From: Phoronis australis
Taxonomy: Eukaryota > Animalia > Phoronida
Direction: 5' to 3'
Length of the DNA: 64,000 nt
Assembly: GCA_002633005.1 (NCBI GenBank)
Contig: NMRA01000602.1
Span: 1 to 64,000 of the forward strand
Part shown: one piece after another, positions 38,840 through 52,413 of the stretch
Layout: each line of letters starts with the position of its first letter
Numbering within the stretch: the first letter of the stretch is position 1
Translations under genes and position numbers: made by a program
The notes under the pieces: generated by a model
What the model was told of the DNA's origin: nothing
Databases searched by the model: none
Seen by the model: only the letters and a program-made list of their open reading frames with translations

Positions 38840-40022
38840 GTGAATGCACACCATTATGCCTAGTTACAAAGTTCCTCACAATGTAAATAATCATTCCAGA
38901 TTACTTCTCTACATCTTCAGACGGACACGATTTCGCGAAAATTTAAAAAAATGTGCCTGATCTTGTAACCCCTAATATATTTTTATAATTAAATTCATTT
39001 CGCAAATCTCCTCATATTCAGTGCATCCAAGTGTGGAACAATATTTTTTTACAAAATTTCAATCGCTTTAAACAGTACACACCATGGATTTTTGCACATT
39101 TTGAATTACTGGTGGCCATAGACTAAATGTATGACGTAAAATTTAGCTAAACCCATGTTTATTTTGTGTAATTAGCTCGAAATTTTTCTTTTTCTTTCAA
39201 TTTTGCGAATTTTCACATTTCCCGCCATGTGACGTCATGGGTTGAACACAAGAGATCAGTGACTAGCAATGAACAATGGCGGAGGGCAGTGAATTTGAAA
39301 GCGACGACGATTATGAGCAAGAATTGAATGAACACTATAAAGAAACGTACGGTAATGGTGGCCAGGATGAGGAAATGGGGTTGCACGAAAGCGAGAACAA
39401 GTTTGATGTGCTTCCGGCTGCGTACTTTTCTACTTTGAGCCTTACGAACTGAATCCTCCTGCGAGAAAAGCGGCCTCGGGCTCGGCGAGTCAACCCAGTC
39501 ATCCAACAGACGATCCTGAATTAAGAGCCATGCTTCTGAATGATAAATATTGTCCTTTATTGAACCAGACCTTCATCGTAACATCTCCTGTGACTGGAGT
39601 CGAAACACGAGTCCTCAAAATGGGCAAAACACAGAGTGTCCCCGGACCGAATCGCTTGGTCCACGATGAGGTCCCACACTCTCGTTCGGCGCACGAAGCG
39701 ATGCCACTTCTGCGCAACTTTGGTGTCCTTCGGAACACCGAGACGTTCTCCGCCTGGCTGCTGTTGCTGCAACACATCTTTTGATCCCTCTACAAACCTT
39801 CCGACGCTAAATGTACTTTGCTTTCACTTCACTCTATACACTTTGTCTCTGATCCGAACGGTATGGCGAACGACTTGGGTTCAACCCATGACGTTGTACA
39901 TAATTATTATTTTTTTCAATTTTTGCGTGTTTCTTTATGAGCTGTGCACTAAAGGCACTGAAATCAAGTAAGATATAATAATAAAATTTATTTTGAGGTA
40001 CTAGAGTCATGTTGTGTACACT
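38840..40022 (-). mobile_element. Probable Kolobok-type element carrying a THAP gene relic
   Basis: TTAA at 38836-38839 and 40023-40026 flanks weakly similar inverted ends, and a THAP relic lies inside. Confidence 0.4.
39560..39795 (-). pseudogene. THAP (C2CH zinc finger) domain relic, frameshifted
   Basis: KRCVAA / CSNS...VSVF / PKDTKVAQKWHRFVRRTR...LCFAHFEDSCF supplies the THAP hallmarks C, C, P, W and CxxHF across several frames. Confidence 0.75.
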
Positions 40023-40038
40023 TTAAGGCAACTGGGAA

Positions 40039-40398
40039 CCTTGTTTACCAGGTTGTACTTATGTGCAGATATCTTAAATTGTGTTAGCTCTAACCCCTAA
40101 AAGGTACCTATTTTCTGAAAGATGAATAAATTTCCAAACAAAATTTATCGTTTTTGTTAAATTGTTTTTATGTTTTCATTATATTAGCGTTTTTAATAAA
40201 AAAACTAAAGTCTCTGTTCAAAGTAAACAAAAATTGAAAAATGCATATCTCGTAAGCAATAAAGACTCTTAAACAATACAAAATATGATTCGTTAGGAAA
40301 TGTATTCGCCTTTCAGAAAATATACATTTTGTAGGGGTTAGAGGTAACGCAATTTAAGATATTTGCATATACATGTAAGTACAACCTGGTGAACGAGG
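40039..40398. mobile_element. MITE with ~95-bp imperfect TIRs
   Basis: ccttgtttaccaggttgtactta...atatcttaaattgtgttagctctaacccct is mirrored by aggggttagaggtaacgcaatttaagatat...taagtacaacctggtgaacgagg. Confidence 0.75.
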
Positions 40399-41574
40399 AC
40401 TATTAAAATGACAGGCATTTACAATAGTGATAGATGTTGAGTACTATACCCGATGCAGTTGAGCACTACTGCGTAAAACCCTCTATTTAAGGTCTATATA
40501 AAGCCAAAAGAAAACGGAAGGAATGGTGAGGACAAGTCTTCAAACAAAACACATGTAAGTTGGATGACATGGTCACAGTGGCCTTGCAAGTAATACAAAC
40601 GGATGTTGCTACAACAACGTATTTTTACCAAACGTTCAGCGAAAGGTTTACTATAGGAAACAAAACGAGGGTTAATAAACTACATTTCGCTGAAGGAGCT
40701 AACAAAAAATGATAGAAATACGCCGGTGGTGTGTTCAGGGCACTTTCGTATAACTAACATTTTTTCACAATCCTGTACCCCTAATCTACTGAACACCTGT
40801 AGGTGGCGCTTCAAAAACTGTATTTTGCAATAGGAACAAAAGAGCAGAATAACGCCAACGATAAATTATATTCAGGGCGTCGTCTTTCAAATATCAGAAC
40901 TGTGTTTCATCATGATATTGTAAAATGGCGATTAAAATTTACTGCAGATGGAGCTTCCAAGAACAGTATTTTGCCAAAGTCGTTCACAGTAGAAAGTTTC
41001 GGCTACGCGTTATACGCGAACACCAACGTGTGAGTCACCAGAGGTCACAGTTTCACGCTAGCGTATGTGTTCCTGTAGAAAGATCGTCTACATCTTAAAC
41101 GCGAACGTAAACGTGTGACTTACATATTCACGCATATGCGTTGTGTTCCATGTATTACCTGGGCTCGTAGCAATACACGTGGGAGGGGGAGGTGAGTGGT
41201 AGGCGAAAAAATTGAATTAGATTTGGTCGGGGAGGTCTTATTTTGCAATGAACAGGGGCGTCATGGCCCACTTGTGCCTCCTTGTCCCTTCCATGTGCTC
41301 TCGGGCGCCAAAAGAGCAACTTATTCCAAATTCCCTATAGTTTGGCCTCGTAATAACAACGGACAACTCAGCTGGTTACTGATGGTAGGTACAATTTAAG
41401 AGTTTGCGTTGAAGTAATGTGAGTGAGTAGTGGGACTTGTCAAAGTTTCACGAACACGATCTTTAGGAAATGTTGGGAACTTTATTTAGACCGTGGCAAA
41501 TTGTCCAAATCCTGCAATTGACTTCAGTGACGTTGAATAGCAATAGCCTACATTTGTTCCATTTTGTTTTGCAG

Positions 41575-41838
41575 AATTCTGTTCGTGTGTTTAATAGTGT
41601 GCTGCGTGACGTACTACTACTTGTCCCAGCAGGGACTGTTGCCACCCAGGCTATTTTCCAATGATGTAGACGGGAAAAAAACGACAAAGTCCTTTTTGTA
41701 TTACGTTCAGACAGCGGCTTGTTTGTTAGAGTACCATCTCCAGCCAGACCTTCTTGGGAATTCCTCTTTGTGTGACTGCGATGTTTTGGTACTCAGTTAC
41801 AGGACAGAGTGTTTAAAAAATAATTTCACTCATGTCAG
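41575..41838 (+). CDS. Type II membrane putative glycosyltransferase, upstream exon (TM anchor plus start of luminal domain)
   Basis: ttttgcag acceptor and AG|gtgag donor (phase 2). ILFVCLIVCCVTYYYL is a hydrophobic anchor, followed by CDCDVLVLSY. The start exon is not certain. Confidence 0.75.
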
Positions 41839-42211
41839 GTGAGTTGTTTAGTCGGCTAATATATTCCGAAATTTCTGTATGACGTCATGTCAAGACAAAG
41901 TCGCCATCATCGAACTTACGCTTTCCAAATTCCGTTCACCATCGTAAAACCAGTTTAATCATTGACACTCAGATAAAATCAACACAGGCTGAAGCTACTA
42001 AAGACTACAAGTAATGGGGATTGAGCGAAATTTGTATTATTTCCAGGAGTCTACCCACGATTTTCAGGCGGGTTGTACACTCGATCAGCGGCGCCTCCTG
42101 TTCTTTTTTCGGTGGCACTTCCCAGGTTAGGGTAGGGGGTATTTAAATCGGACAGTATTTTTTCACAGTACAATCTCAAGCTTGCTCTACGCTTTGGTAG
42201 GGCTTAAATCC

Positions 42212-45200
42212 AAGTAGTTTCTCTAGGATAGTCTGCGCACTGCGTCTTTTAACCAAAACGTCAGCGCGCGGTGTCAGATAACAAGGGAAAGGGCATTTTG
42301 TTTACCTCTCTGGACTTTAAGAAAACTACACAAAACCTATGAAAATCACTGCAATGTCAACAATTCTGCACTCATCATCTGATAAAAGGTCAAGAATCGC
42401 ATTCTCCTCGGGAAATGTGCTTTATCTGTCTTGACATACCAAATAAGGAGACGAGCTTTGCCTTATGGGAAAAATAGACAAAGTGACGAGCAGTTGACAG
42501 ATCGTTTTATGTGAAATTTGAAACAAAAGAGAAAATGCCTCAGTTTATACTTACAGAAATGACCCGTAAAAATACCTGGTGAACAAGTTGGATTCTGTTT
42601 CAGTGGCATAAAACCACTTTGGATAATGCAATTTAGTCTGTTTTGTTGCGTTGCAGGCCTTTTAGATTGAACAGGGCTTCAATTGTGTGTTTCATCTTTT
42701 TAAGTTTCTCAGTACTACGGTCCATGCATTTTGAATAGAGAGAGAGGCATCCTACAAAAATCTCCCAGGCCTCACCAAATCTCTGCTCTCCAGTGCGCAC
42801 CATTGTTTAACTTTACAAAACGACCCGGTGTTATGTTTTATCGTTGAAAATGACACTTGGGGTAGCTTACCCAGGGGTCAAAATATAATGCTTTTAGGTG
42901 ACTCACGCATCTGACTGAACGCATGAAAATCCCCTAGATCGCGTAAAAATAGGCAGATTAGGTGCTGTTTTTTCTCCATCTGGTCGAGTTGCGTCGAAGT
43001 GACTTTTGCAAATCCAACATTAAAATATACAACGTGTATATGTATTTGAAGTTATTGCGAAAACCAAAAAGTATCCAGTTTCAAAGAATTTATGAATAGT
43101 TAAATCAAACAACAACGGACGATTTAAAAGTATTTTCGATTCGATTTCGAGCCAAAAGAGTAGACCTCGAGCTCCGATTTCACCGAAACTTTTGTCTTGT
43201 CGACGTCACCAGCCTGCACATTCGGGTATATCACATGTCATGGATGAAAGCTCACGTCATATTTTTGTTATTATTTGAGTACTAAATGTACATTTGATGA
43301 AAACATCAATTAGATGTAACAGCAAGGGTTCAAACAGACCATGGTAGAGGATGCCCGTTCTTGAATGGAGCATGGTGACGGTAGAGCCAATCTTAATGTT
43401 ATGCTTCAAAAAGCGAGTAGACAAAGCACTTAACGGCACATAATTAACACAAATAAGCATTCGATTACAAATGCAACAGACAGCTTTTTTCTGTCATAGC
43501 TCTGTGAGGATCCTTTGAAGTTCTTCCAACAAACTGTACATTTGATTTCAGATATATATTCTCAAACAATACGACTTGGACAACGGGTCGCAACCTGTTG
43601 TACAGAAGAGCGAAAACAGTGATGGACGATTACAATCATTACAAACAGCTTATTATTTAAAATGACTTATTCTTATTAAAATGACATAAGCAAAAAATTG
43701 AATTTCGGACCTCAAAAGCGAGGTCCCCTATATTAATATAGAGGGCCTCGCTGAACGGAAGCCGGAGAGCGGGGCCCCCTATATTAATATAGGGGGGCCC
43801 GCCGAAAGGAGGCCGGAGAGCGGGGCCNACAAAAGTAGTTTCTCTAAGATAGTCTGCGTAATGCGTCTTTTAACCAAAACGTCAGCGCGCGGTGCCAAAT
43901 AACACGGGAAAGGGCATTTTGTTTACCTCTCTGGACTTTAAGAAAACTACACAAAACCTATGAAAATCACTGCAATGTCAACAATTCTGCACTCATCATC
44001 TGATCAAAGGTCAAGAATCGCATTCTCCTCGGGAAATGTGCTTCATCTGTCTTGCCATACCAAATAAAGAGAAGAGCTTTGCCTTATCGAAAAAATAGAC
44101 AAAGTGACGAGCAGTTGACAGATCGTTTTATGTGAAATTTGAAACAAAAGAAAAATGCCTCAGTCTATATTTACACAAATGAACCGTAAAAATACCTGGT
44201 GAACAAGTTGGATTCTGTTTCAGTGGCATAAAACCACTTTGGATAATGCAATTTAGTCCGTTTTGTTGCGTTGCAGGCCTCTTAGATTGAACAGGGTTTC
44301 AATTGTGTGTTTCATCTTTTTAAGTTTCTCAGTACTACGGTCCATGCATTTTGAATAGAGAGAGAGGCATCTTACAAAAATCTCCCAGGCCTCACCAAAT
44401 CTCTGCTCTCCAGTGCGCACCATTCTTTAACTTTATAAAACGACCCGATGTTATGTTTTATCATTGAAAATGACACTTGGGTAGCTTACCCAGGGGTCAA
44501 AATATAATGCTGAATAGGTGACTCACGCATCTGAGTGAACGCATGAAAATCCCCTGGATCGCGTAAAAATAGGAAGATTAGGTGCTGTTTTTTTCTCCAT
44601 CTGGTCGAGTTTCGTCGTAGTGACTTTAGCAAATCCAACATTAAAATATACAACGTGTATATGTATTTGAAGTTATTGCGAAATCCAAAAAGTATCCAGT
44701 TTCAAAGAATTGATGAATAGTTAAATTAAACAACAACGGAAGATTTAAAAGTATTTTCGATTCGATTTCGAGCCAAAAGAGTAGACCTCGAGCTCCGATT
44801 TCACCGAAACTTTTGTCTTGTCGACGTCACCAGCCTGCACATTCGGGTATATCACATGTCATGGATGAAAACTCGCGCCATATTTTTGTTATTCTTTAAG
44901 TACTAAACGTATATTGGATGAAAACATCAATTAGATGTAACAGCAAAGGTTCAAAAAGACCATGGTAGAGGATGCCCGTTCTTGAATGGAGCTGGGTGAC
45001 GGTAGGGCCAATCTTTGCGGAAGATATAATAATATGCTTCTAAAATCGAGTAGGCAAAGCAGTTAGCGGCACATAATTAACAAAAATAAGCATTCCGTTT
45101 CACATGCAGCAGATAGCATTTTACGGTCATAGCTCTGTGATCATCCTTTGAAGTTCTTCCAACAATCTGAACATTTGATTTCAGATATATATTCTCAAAC

Positions 45201-45276
45201 AATACGACTTGGACAACGGGTCGCAACCTGTTGTACAGAAGAGCGAAAACAGTGATGGACGATTACAATCATTACA
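42212..45276 (+). repeat. Apparent ~1.43-kb direct duplication (42212-43643 vs 43833-45276) joined through N43828
   Basis: Collinear copies differ by scattered substitutions and small indels, with a single N between them. Confidence 0.9.
43705..43827. repeat. GC-rich ~50-bp tandem unit with a palindromic core, cut off by the gap
   Basis: cccctatattaatataggg occurs twice and gccggagagcggggcc occurs twice. Confidence 0.8.
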
Positions 45277-45956
45277 TCTATCACACCTTCATGGACGAGG
45301 ACTTGCTTTGGAATTGGTCTGAATGGCCTCACTTTGATGCTAACATCAAACTATCAAACGTATCTCCAATGCGTGCGTACGAACAATTTCTGTTGCGAAA
45401 ATTACCCGTTCACGGCAATCCGTTTTACTTTAATCCGAAATCTTGTAGTACCAACAACAACTACTACATAGACAAATTCATGAGAGCATATGTTTGTGGA
45501 TCACTATGTGCCCGTACAAACAAAACATTTCCATCTAGTTGTCTTGCAATTGGGCCGGACGCTGCTGTCGGCAGTTTCCACAGGCATGTAATCGACAAGC
45601 TGTTACCGTATAATGAGCAAAACGACAACAAGTCTTGGTGGGTGTCTCAACAGACTCTATTCGTTCGATTGTATGTCAGGTTCTACAAACAAAGTTTGAC
45701 TTTCCTTCCAGTAGCTGTCTGCAATCCGTCCCATTCCAAGTACCCTCGCGGTTTGTTCTTGTACCACGATCTTATAGCCGCTGAAAAATTATTGTCGCCC
45801 CTTTCGAAACGAAACTTGTCTATTTGGCCCGAAGTGCGTAGCATATTTGGCAAGAGATACGGATTTCCCACGTGCCATCATATGCTAGACCCGACCATAA
45901 ACAGGACACAGAACTCAAATATGGATATGTATGTCGTGGATACCGTTACCGCTTAG
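45185..45956 (+). CDS. Type II membrane putative GT-A glycosyltransferase, terminal exon
   Basis: tttcag acceptor in phase with exon 41575-41838. Reads YIFSNNTTWTTGRNLLY...YHTFMDED...LLPY...SWWVSQ...NPSHSKYPRG and stays open to TAG 45956. Confidence 0.75.
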
Positions 45957-46149
45957 CAAAAATCTGTAGCAAGTCAAAATTGGTCATATCTACCTAGTTT
46001 TTTTCACTGTAACAGAGTTATACACCTCTCTTCCATTGTAAACGCATCTTTTCTTTCAACATGGCTTTTGACTTCTTTTTCTCTTATATAGATACATGTA
46101 TATGGCGTGTGGCTCCAAAATTGTTGATAATTATTACGGTTACAGCAAT

Positions 46150-46495
46150 TAGCATGTTGATTGACACGGTATATTTATTAGTACCAGTGCAATATTATGT
46201 ACTGGTTTAGGAAAAAGATCTAATATAGTAATTAGTACCGTGGGAGTATTAGTTCCGGTACAACGATGAGTTCCGGTGCATAACTGTAATAAGTACTGGT
46301 AATATAATTGGTTACGTCACAGCGTTAGTTAGTACCGGTACTGTAATTAGAGCCAAGGTTTAATTTGTGCACTATTAGCTCAGAAACTCTTATATATACA
46401 TACGTAAATATATATATATATTTACGTATATATATATATATATTTACGTGTATATATATATATATATATAAATATATACGTATATATGTATTTAC

Positions 46496-46550
<55 letters not shown>
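46150..46550. repeat. Degenerate tagtaccggtac minisatellite followed by (TA)n (46391-46550)
   Basis: Recurrent ttagtacc/agttccggt motifs, then a long TA run. Confidence 0.75.
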
Positions 46551-46553
<3 letters not shown>

Positions 46554-49500
46554 TTTCACGCCTGCTATGGCTCAAACAATATTTTAAGAGTTTCAGTACT
46601 GCAATGTGTTTTAAGGAACCGTCTACTTGGCAAACAAGTACACAAACGCCACCTGCAAAAATACTCAGTTTGAACCTCCTAATTAACGTTCTAAAACTCT
46701 GACGATATCTGTGGGACTCTTGTTCAAAAGCATTAGGTGAAGTACAGTACATTGTGTCCATTAAAAAGCATCAAACACAAACAGTCGCTTTCATAAAGGT
46801 GGTTTAACAAAACCAGGTTTAAGACCTAAACCTGCTCTAATTTTAGACCTAACTTGCGTTTCACGAACGTGGTTTCTAAGTCTGAAAGCCTGGTTTTGAT
46901 AGACCAGGGAGCGGGTTTAGTAAAACTAGGTTTAAAGTACCCAAGCCACCCTATTGCGTGGATCCGGATTACCCCAACAAAGAAACTATTGAAGTGCTTC
47001 AGTTAAACCTTAATCAAGTAGGTACACAATGGCAAAAAACAATATAATCAGTGCAGACATTTGCAAAAAAGGGCTGAAAGCTCACAAGGAAAATGTTCCC
47101 TCCCATTGACTGATTTCTCTCACGCCCGCGTTCCGGTTACGCTCCGGTCTGACCAGGCGAGAAGCAGACCGGACGAAGTCTAATAATTCAGTGGCTGTAC
47201 TGTAGTTGTTCATGAAAATGTTAGTTAAGTGGTAGAAACACAAAAACCAACCGTCAGACGCGTTGCCTTAGTGAATATACACGTGCAACTATTTCGAAGA
47301 TTATTTGTATAATAAAGGCACAAAGCACTTTTCAGTCTCAGAACATCATATTTAAAAGACGTTTAAGAAGCATTGGTGAGTTTCATGAACTTTCTAACAC
47401 AACATTTGAAATGGTATAATTAGGACACATATTGCAGTTTGATAACTGGGCATGTGTAGGTATGCTTCAGAACTCTCTAGTATCAAAATTGAGGCCTGGC
47501 AAGACTATTTTCGAGTTCACTTTGAAAACTGCTTTCTATGCATTCACAGGGACCACAACATGACATCAATCGGTAGTGAAAGCCATCTTTGGATAATAGT
47601 TCTACATGTACATATTGAGAAAAAGTCGAACAGCAAGGAAATGAACGCTGCCACATTATTCCCAAGGAAAACACTCATTTGTGATAAGGTGCACTACTCT
47701 GAATGTATACTACTGATCTACTAATACAGCAGAACTGAGGCATAATGCATAAGAATGCAATTTTGTTGACATTCTGCGAAATTCACAGATGCCCCCAGAA
47801 ATCAAAGCAAAAATCTAGTCAATGGCTGCATTTTTCCCAAGTTCGTGTTTGGCGGTCGACAAAGATATTTGATTGCAAGTCGATACCGACAACCAATCCA
47901 TTGTCTGCCAGTTGACTCAGGGTACGCCGGAAGCGTGCAGCAAAGGAATTTCAATAACGAAAGATATGGAGGCACAGTATTACATATAGTGGGATTTATT
48001 CTTTAAGTTGTAATAGCCTGGAACGATTAGAGAATTTTAGGGAACGGTGAAATTCACTTCTTTGCGTCACCCTTCGTGTGTCAAGTTTTTAAAATAAATA
48101 AATAAGTTGCACCAAATATCATCAATAACGTACATACAGATAGACCTTTGTCTGAATATACGATAAACTGTCGGAGTACTGGGTTATCCGAACATATGAC
48201 TATCAGGGTGTTGAGTAAATTTTCGTTAAAATTGTGTACCTTGAACTGTCGAAATATTGCTTCCGGAATATAGGGGTGTAACCAATGCAACCCTTATTTA
48301 AAGTCCAATTTTGCAAGGGCAGGAAAGCCGAAGAAAAAAATAGTACCTTAGGGGGCGGTTGTGTTATGTACATGTAGTTGATATCAGGCCACAGGGAAGG
48401 ACAGATATTAGACAGTTTCCAAAATGCTTAAACTGCCACAAGATGGGGCAGTGCGCGCAGGTTAGAATCATTGGAAAACAATGCATCCGCCATCGTTTCA
48501 TAGGTAAAAACATTTTGGCCAAATTTCATGACATTTCACCCAAGAAATCTCGTCACAGAAACTACCACCAGGGGGCCAATTGTAACCGTATTATCTAAAA
48601 TTTGACGTCAACCGATGTCAGCTCCACAGAAACATGTTTAAAAATCCATGAAGCCCACTTACCATGTATGAGGATTACAACCTGTAAACAAGAACTGTAA
48701 ATTACGCGATGGTGTGTTCTTTATGCCGGTTTTTTCTTGGAAACAAACAAAAATTTCATATTTTATTTCTCTATTTTTATTCAGACAGCAAATTGATAAA
48801 GAAAATAGTTTATTTGAAACTATCAGCATCTCGCAAACTAGCCCCCACCAGAGCACCTCAAACAGCGGATGCATGGGCGTCTCCTTCATTGTTGACTTGG
48901 ACACCGCTTTTTAAAATTCTTTGACCCGACCCCCATTTTGAAAAATAAGCACCACCCTTTCAAAAACCCGCTAGAATCATACACAGGAATTGGTTAAAAT
49001 TTACAGACTCGCCAAGTGAAAATTAGTGGAAATCCGTTTAAAAATGAAAAGACTGTCTTCTGATGCAGAGGTTCATTGCTTACATTTTAAACATTATGAA
49101 GATTTTTTCAGTCCTGCTCTTTTAAGCTGTTTTGAAACTACGTCACTAACTGGGGCTTTCTGGACCAACAATGGCGTATTTTGGGTCAAAATATTCATGA
49201 TCCTCTAACTTGAGAAATGATGGCTCAAAATTCAAATTAAGCGCTTTAAACGTTTTTCGCTGAATGTGCTGTTATGGAGAATGAAAGTGTGACTCAATAC
49301 TGATTTCAAACCGTGTACGCTTTTAATGCACTCTGATGGGCGCTAGCTTGAACAGTGGCGCTTTGGAAATTCTCAAAAAGTGCAGGGAGACGCTTGGTCA
49401 AAACAGTCAGAGTTTATCATGGAACCATTCAAAGGTAAGTAGGCGCACGCATGAGGATGGTCATTAACCTGAATGTTTGAGGTAATAAGGAATCGAGCGA

Positions 49501-50162
49501 CTGCAGCAGTAAGACATGTTATTATAACACGATTTTGAGAGGCAACTCCCATCAATTAAGGGTGACGTCATGGTTACAGTCTCCACCCACAGTGTACCAT
49601 TTTAGTACTCGGAATAACTTTGTTTTTAATTACCCCCTTGACCCGGAACAATATTCTTTCTATTCGAGTCTGAAAATATTACGGTATGCTCCGGGTAGCA
49701 AATATTGGCGGGGGTATATGTGGAGAAGAATAAAAATTTCGCTACCTGAATTTCGCATCTACCCGTTTAGTTGCTGTAATGACTATGGGCAGAGAACATA
49801 GGACCAAGAGAACATCGACCCGTGGAAACATTAAAACATGGAAATGTCAATTCTGGGCTTCATCGGTCCTGGAGAATATCGTAAAGCATAAGTTCTTCAG
49901 TAACCACCGGGAGTTCATTGTCACATTAGCCGTTCTACCCGGTATACTATTTCCTTTTAGGACTGTCGCCGTTCTTCATTGATGGGCAGCTTTGGAGTCG
50001 TGCGCACGTTTATATTCAAGTACTTGAATCGCTGGTGTAGGCCTACACTTTACCTTGAGAACAACACGTGAGTAACAGATGACTCACGTCGCACATCAGC
50101 ATCAGATACAAGTAAAGGTATTGTGGATTTCAAAACTATTGTGGGGATTTTTATTGCGTCAA

Positions 50163-50483
50163 GGGTGCATTTTCCTTCTGACCGTTTCATTCAACATGTT
50201 AGACTACTGTGATTCTCAAATTAAACACACTTTTCTTTGACTTTACCATAATTCCATTACAAAGGCTCAAAATGTTCTGGAAAGGGTCAATTACAACAAA
50301 GACGACCTGACTTCACTTAAATTGCAATTCATTTTGTTCTACAGTGACAACAAGTACATGTAAACCTCTGTGAATCGTCATGATCCACGTTTTTTTCTTT
50401 TGTAGTTGTACTTTGGTGCAAAAGTCACCGGGAAGGCTGCAAACTTATCAAAAGGCTCACTCGCGCAAAATAATATTTCTAGT
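50163..50483 (+). mobile_element. Diverged fragment of the Helitron-like family at 13314-14547
   Basis: gtgcatttt...actgtgattctca..ttaaacaca..gtcaatta matches the internal repeat at ~13816-13975, and the fragment ends in aataatatttctag|t. Confidence 0.5.
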
Positions 50484-50504
50484 TGATCAGTCATGCTAAG
50501 TATG

Positions 50505-50822
50505 CAGTGGCGGATCTAGGATAACACAAGGTGGGAGGCCCAACACGTTGCCTCGGGGAATTGGGCAAAGCGCGATTGTATTTGCACAGGTGGGCCGAAA
50601 GTTGCGGGGCCGGGGATGCAGACCTTCTGTTCGGGAACCCTATCGTTGGACTAAAAAAACGGGACACGATTCCTCCTCTACTTGAGTCTAAACCCCCCCA
50701 CATCCGCTACTGGATGAACTCAATATTTCCTCACGCTTCGCGCTGTTGCTGTTTCATTTCGCCTGCGGCAGCCAGGGGGGGGGAAGGGCCCGGTTCCCTG
50801 GGCCCCCCTAAATCCACCTATG
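50505..50822 (+). mobile_element. MITE, 318 bp, 5-bp TSD GTATG/GCATG
   Basis: cagtggcggatctagg ... cctaaatccacctatg. Same termini as 5860 and 23208. Confidence 0.85.
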
Positions 50823-52413
50823 GCATGACGGAATATATTTAAAATTAAAATGCAAACTGCCATACAGTTATTTACAAGAATAAAATGGGTAGATGTTCAC
50901 GTTTTGTTTTTTGCTGACTTGTGAGCCCTTAGGACTGGGTTTCTCCAATGCAAAAGAATGTATACCTCTACATTGCACATGATTGCTATCACGTCAGTCC
51001 TCTAATGTGTTTCTGACATTGTTGCTTTCCTTTGTTTCCCAAATAACCAGACATTGCATTTGGGATCGGCCTATTTATGGTAGTTGTATATTCTGGAACA
51101 TGTCCCTTTAATATAGCTTAGTAGTGTATATGTGCATCTGTAAACGTTGTAAACGTGATGACAATTACTGATTAGATGGTGGCACAATTAGTGACAGTTT
51201 GTAAATGAGAGGGATAAAGGAAAATGCAGCCGTTGCAATGGACCCGCTTTCATTTTCTTTAATTAAGCATTAACTGTTTTATATTAAACAGCATGTGTCA
51301 TGGACAATAATTAAATAAAACTGGCGGCCATAGCTGTATAAATAGGTTATTTGCCATGTATACATTCAAGCGAAAGGAGAGCAGGCATTTCCCTTTAGAC
51401 TAATCAGTCAGGAGAAAGTCGGGATGAGCAACAAGCCTGCAGGAATCCATTGCTCAGGTAATAATCTCATTGCCTTACGCCACCATTTTAATACTGCTTC
51501 AGCATTACCTGGCGTCAACAACAGTAATGATATGCCAACGGTTTATTATTGTACAATTCCGTGTAGATTACGCTTGTCACCTCTTTGTCTTCAGCTTTCA
51601 CACTCTGTGTGGACGAGGGTAGAGTACGCGCTTCTGCTCCAGCTAACTCGCCAGCTCTTTACTCTGCTGCTATCCAAGCGCATGGCTGAAATCTTCTCAT
51701 TGAGCTATCCTATACATGTATATTTTAGAATATTCCACAATCATCATATGCAGTCTAATGCAACGCAGAGCCTGATTCGGTAACAGCACGTCTGTTTCAC
51801 GATTTTCAGAGGATAAAGATGTTAACTTCAGCTCAAACGTTATTTCTCCGGTCGAATGGTCTTACTCTGCACACTAGACAGAGTGCGGTGTAAAAACACC
51901 TCCATCAGCGACCCACCACATAATCGGTGAAACAAACCTGGCCAAGCACTCTGTAGCTTGCCTGTTGGTAGTTGCTGGCAAATAACACAAAGTCATTCAG
52001 CCTTAGAAGATACTTCCAGACTCGTTACTAGCTTAAGAGAAGGTCTTTAAACGACCAGGTTGCCAGGAGTAGATTGACATTAGTTCTGGTTCTGTAACTT
52101 TTATTTTACCGTTCTATTCGTATTCTAGCAGCCGGCAGTTGATGATATAATTTTTTGCCTTACCTGCAAAGTCTGGTGTAACGACGCCAGGTCTGTCATT
52201 TGATGAATATCCTCATTCCCTGGCTGTTTCAGTGCTGTTCACAATAGCCTCAAGAGTTGAGGCAACCGAAGTGACGAGTCTTGGCTCAGGACTACATAAT
52301 AGCATTTACCTCTCTCATCTAGTAACTTCCAGGAGTTTCAGGGAACGCCAGGTCTTTCCTTTACCCAAGTAGCGTTCTTCACTTTCCACACCCGCCGTGA
52401 TACTCTTTCAGTC

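Noticed and set aside
51880-52410. Possible decayed coding or TE sequence before the gap
   Set aside because: No motif could be assigned in any frame.
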